DNA from: Puccinia triticina
Lineage: Eukaryota
NCBI GenBank assembly: GCA_026914245.1
Contig: CP110439.1
Coordinates: forward strand, 6,324,001-6,388,000
Direction of reading: 5' to 3'
Length of the DNA stretch: 64,000 bases
Shown here in pieces: positions 62,586 to 64,000 of the stretch. Within the stretch, counting starts at the first letter, position 1, and each line of letters begins with the position of its first letter. A model generated the notes under the pieces. The model searched no databases, had not been told where the DNA came from, and was given only the letters and a program-made list of their open reading frames with translations. The translations under genes and the position numbers were made by a program.

Positions 62586-64000
62586 GTGATATTTGGGAAC
62601 TGATCAGACTGTAGCTGCTACATTTGGGGGCTTTGTGGTTGGTAAAGGTACATAATGAAACTTTGGGGGCTTGTAAACATTTTGGTAACCATATAGTAGA
62701 AGTATTCTCACACTGGGATGAGATATAGTGGCAGAAACACCAAGAAACTACCAAAGTAGTGATATTTGGGAACTGATCGCACTGTAGCTGCTACATTTGG
62801 GGGTTTTGTTGTCATTAAAGGTACATAATGAATCATTGGGGGCCTGTTAACATTTTGGTAACCATATGGCAGAAGGATTCCCACTCTGGGATGAGATATA
62901 GTGGCAGAAACACCAAGAAACTACCAAAGTAGTCATATTCTGGAACTGATCAGACTGTAGCTTCTACATTTGGGGGTTTTGTGGTCATTAAAGGTACATA
63001 ATGAAACTTTGGGGGCCTTTCAACATTTTGGTAACCATATGGCAGAAGGATTCCCACACTGGGATGAGATATAGTGGTACAAACACCAAGAAACTACCAA
63101 AGTAGTGATATTTGGGAACTGATCAGATTGTAGCTGCTGCATAATGGATGTGACCCCAAACACAATATTTCTGGGTTTTATATGCAGAAGAATTGTCTGA
63201 TGAAAATTTTATGTGGAAATATTCCTCATTAATCTGTGGTTGATAACAAAAGCAGATAAAAAAAGAACCTGACAAAAATATGCTAAACCATGGTAAACTA
63301 ATTTCAAAAAGGCCTTCTATGCATGTAGCACTTCAAGTATGATGTGCAATATCTTCGGGGAGTTCAACCAAACAAATTAACAATGTTTGCAGGATGATAT
63401 CATGAGAGAGGTCAGGTGTCAATGTTTTTCCATTTTTGAAAAAAAAGTAGATTTGGAGACTTCTGATAAGATCAATTTTTGAAGTAAAAAAAAAGAAAAA
63501 AAAAACTTTGAGACCCCTCAGCCACCCTGGATTAATCCTAAAACTTGCAATGTCTTTTTTTCATGAAGAATTGAATGGTGTATGTAGAAATTTATGAATG
63601 TTTTCAGGCAAAAAAAAAAAAAAAGGATTCCTGTGGCTTGAAGCTAACACAGGGGGAAGGAGAGAGATTATAGAAGAGTATTAAGGAGACATGGAACACA
63701 GACAAAGGTATCAAGAGGAATAAAAAAAAATGATCAATATAAATTGATCAATATAAGCTATATTGATCCAAGTTTATTAAATCCACAGAATCATGGAAGG
63801 CAAGATCATGGGTTTTGCCTATGTTCATTAGCAAAAGACATATTACAGGTTGAAAATAATCCCCAAATACCCCGGGGGGCACCTCGGATTGACCCTCCAG
63901 CTTGTGCTGCAGCAACAAGCAAAAGTGGGCCGGTCAAATTGGATTTCAAGGAGGGCCTAATCAATTGATTAGGGCAGCTCCAGGGAGGGGGTAGGACGGA

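Larger units (their letters stand above)
56747..63140. repeat. ~173-bp satellite: forward 56747-59660, reverse 59661-63140, interrupted by TEs
   Basis: GCTACAGTCTGATCAGTTCCCAAATATCAC recurs at 56747, 56921, 57093, 57267, 57440, 57613, 57786, 57959 and onward. Confidence 0.95.
56010..63768. mobile_element. Foldback-like giant inverted repeat: ~630-bp unique arms plus inverted satellite arrays, no coding centre
   Basis: 56010-56750 (minus a 112-bp MITE) is the reverse complement of 63135-63768. The satellite switches orientation at ~59660. Confidence 0.85.

Noticed and set aside
56747..63140. Centromere call
   Set aside because: The array is only a few kb and is bounded by inverted arms. Unit length alone is not evidence.

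Overview
This window is eukaryotic, transposon-dense fungal DNA. GT-AG introns with CTAAC/CTGAC branch sites, the protein families and the repeat types point to a rust fungus (Pucciniales, Puccinia-like); the taxon is inferred, not proven. Only two apparently intact host genes are present, both on the minus strand: casein kinase II beta (6128-7415) and TRAPP II subunit TRS130/TRAPPC10 (15195-20812). The rest is nested mobile DNA: an intact Ty3/Gypsy chromovirus with apparently identical 1447-bp LTRs (35326-45433), a decayed AcademH-like element (RecQ-like helicase plus convergent transposase), a hAT with its transposase, many hAT, CACTA-like, Harbinger and Tc1 MITEs, solo LTRs, a Tc1/mariner-type element carrying a PI4-kinase gene fragment, and a ~7.8-kb foldback structure built from a ~173-bp satellite. 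The most striking observation is in the chromovirus 5' region. Three canonical introns would assemble a ~394-aa accessory ORF whose ATG is created by splicing (A|TG), while the Gag-Pol ATG lies inside intron 3 directly after the TACTAAC branch point. The ~1.5-kb unspliced leader contains no other ATG. Together these suggest a splicing switch between two mutually exclusive proteins. All calls were read by eye, with no alignment or database search.
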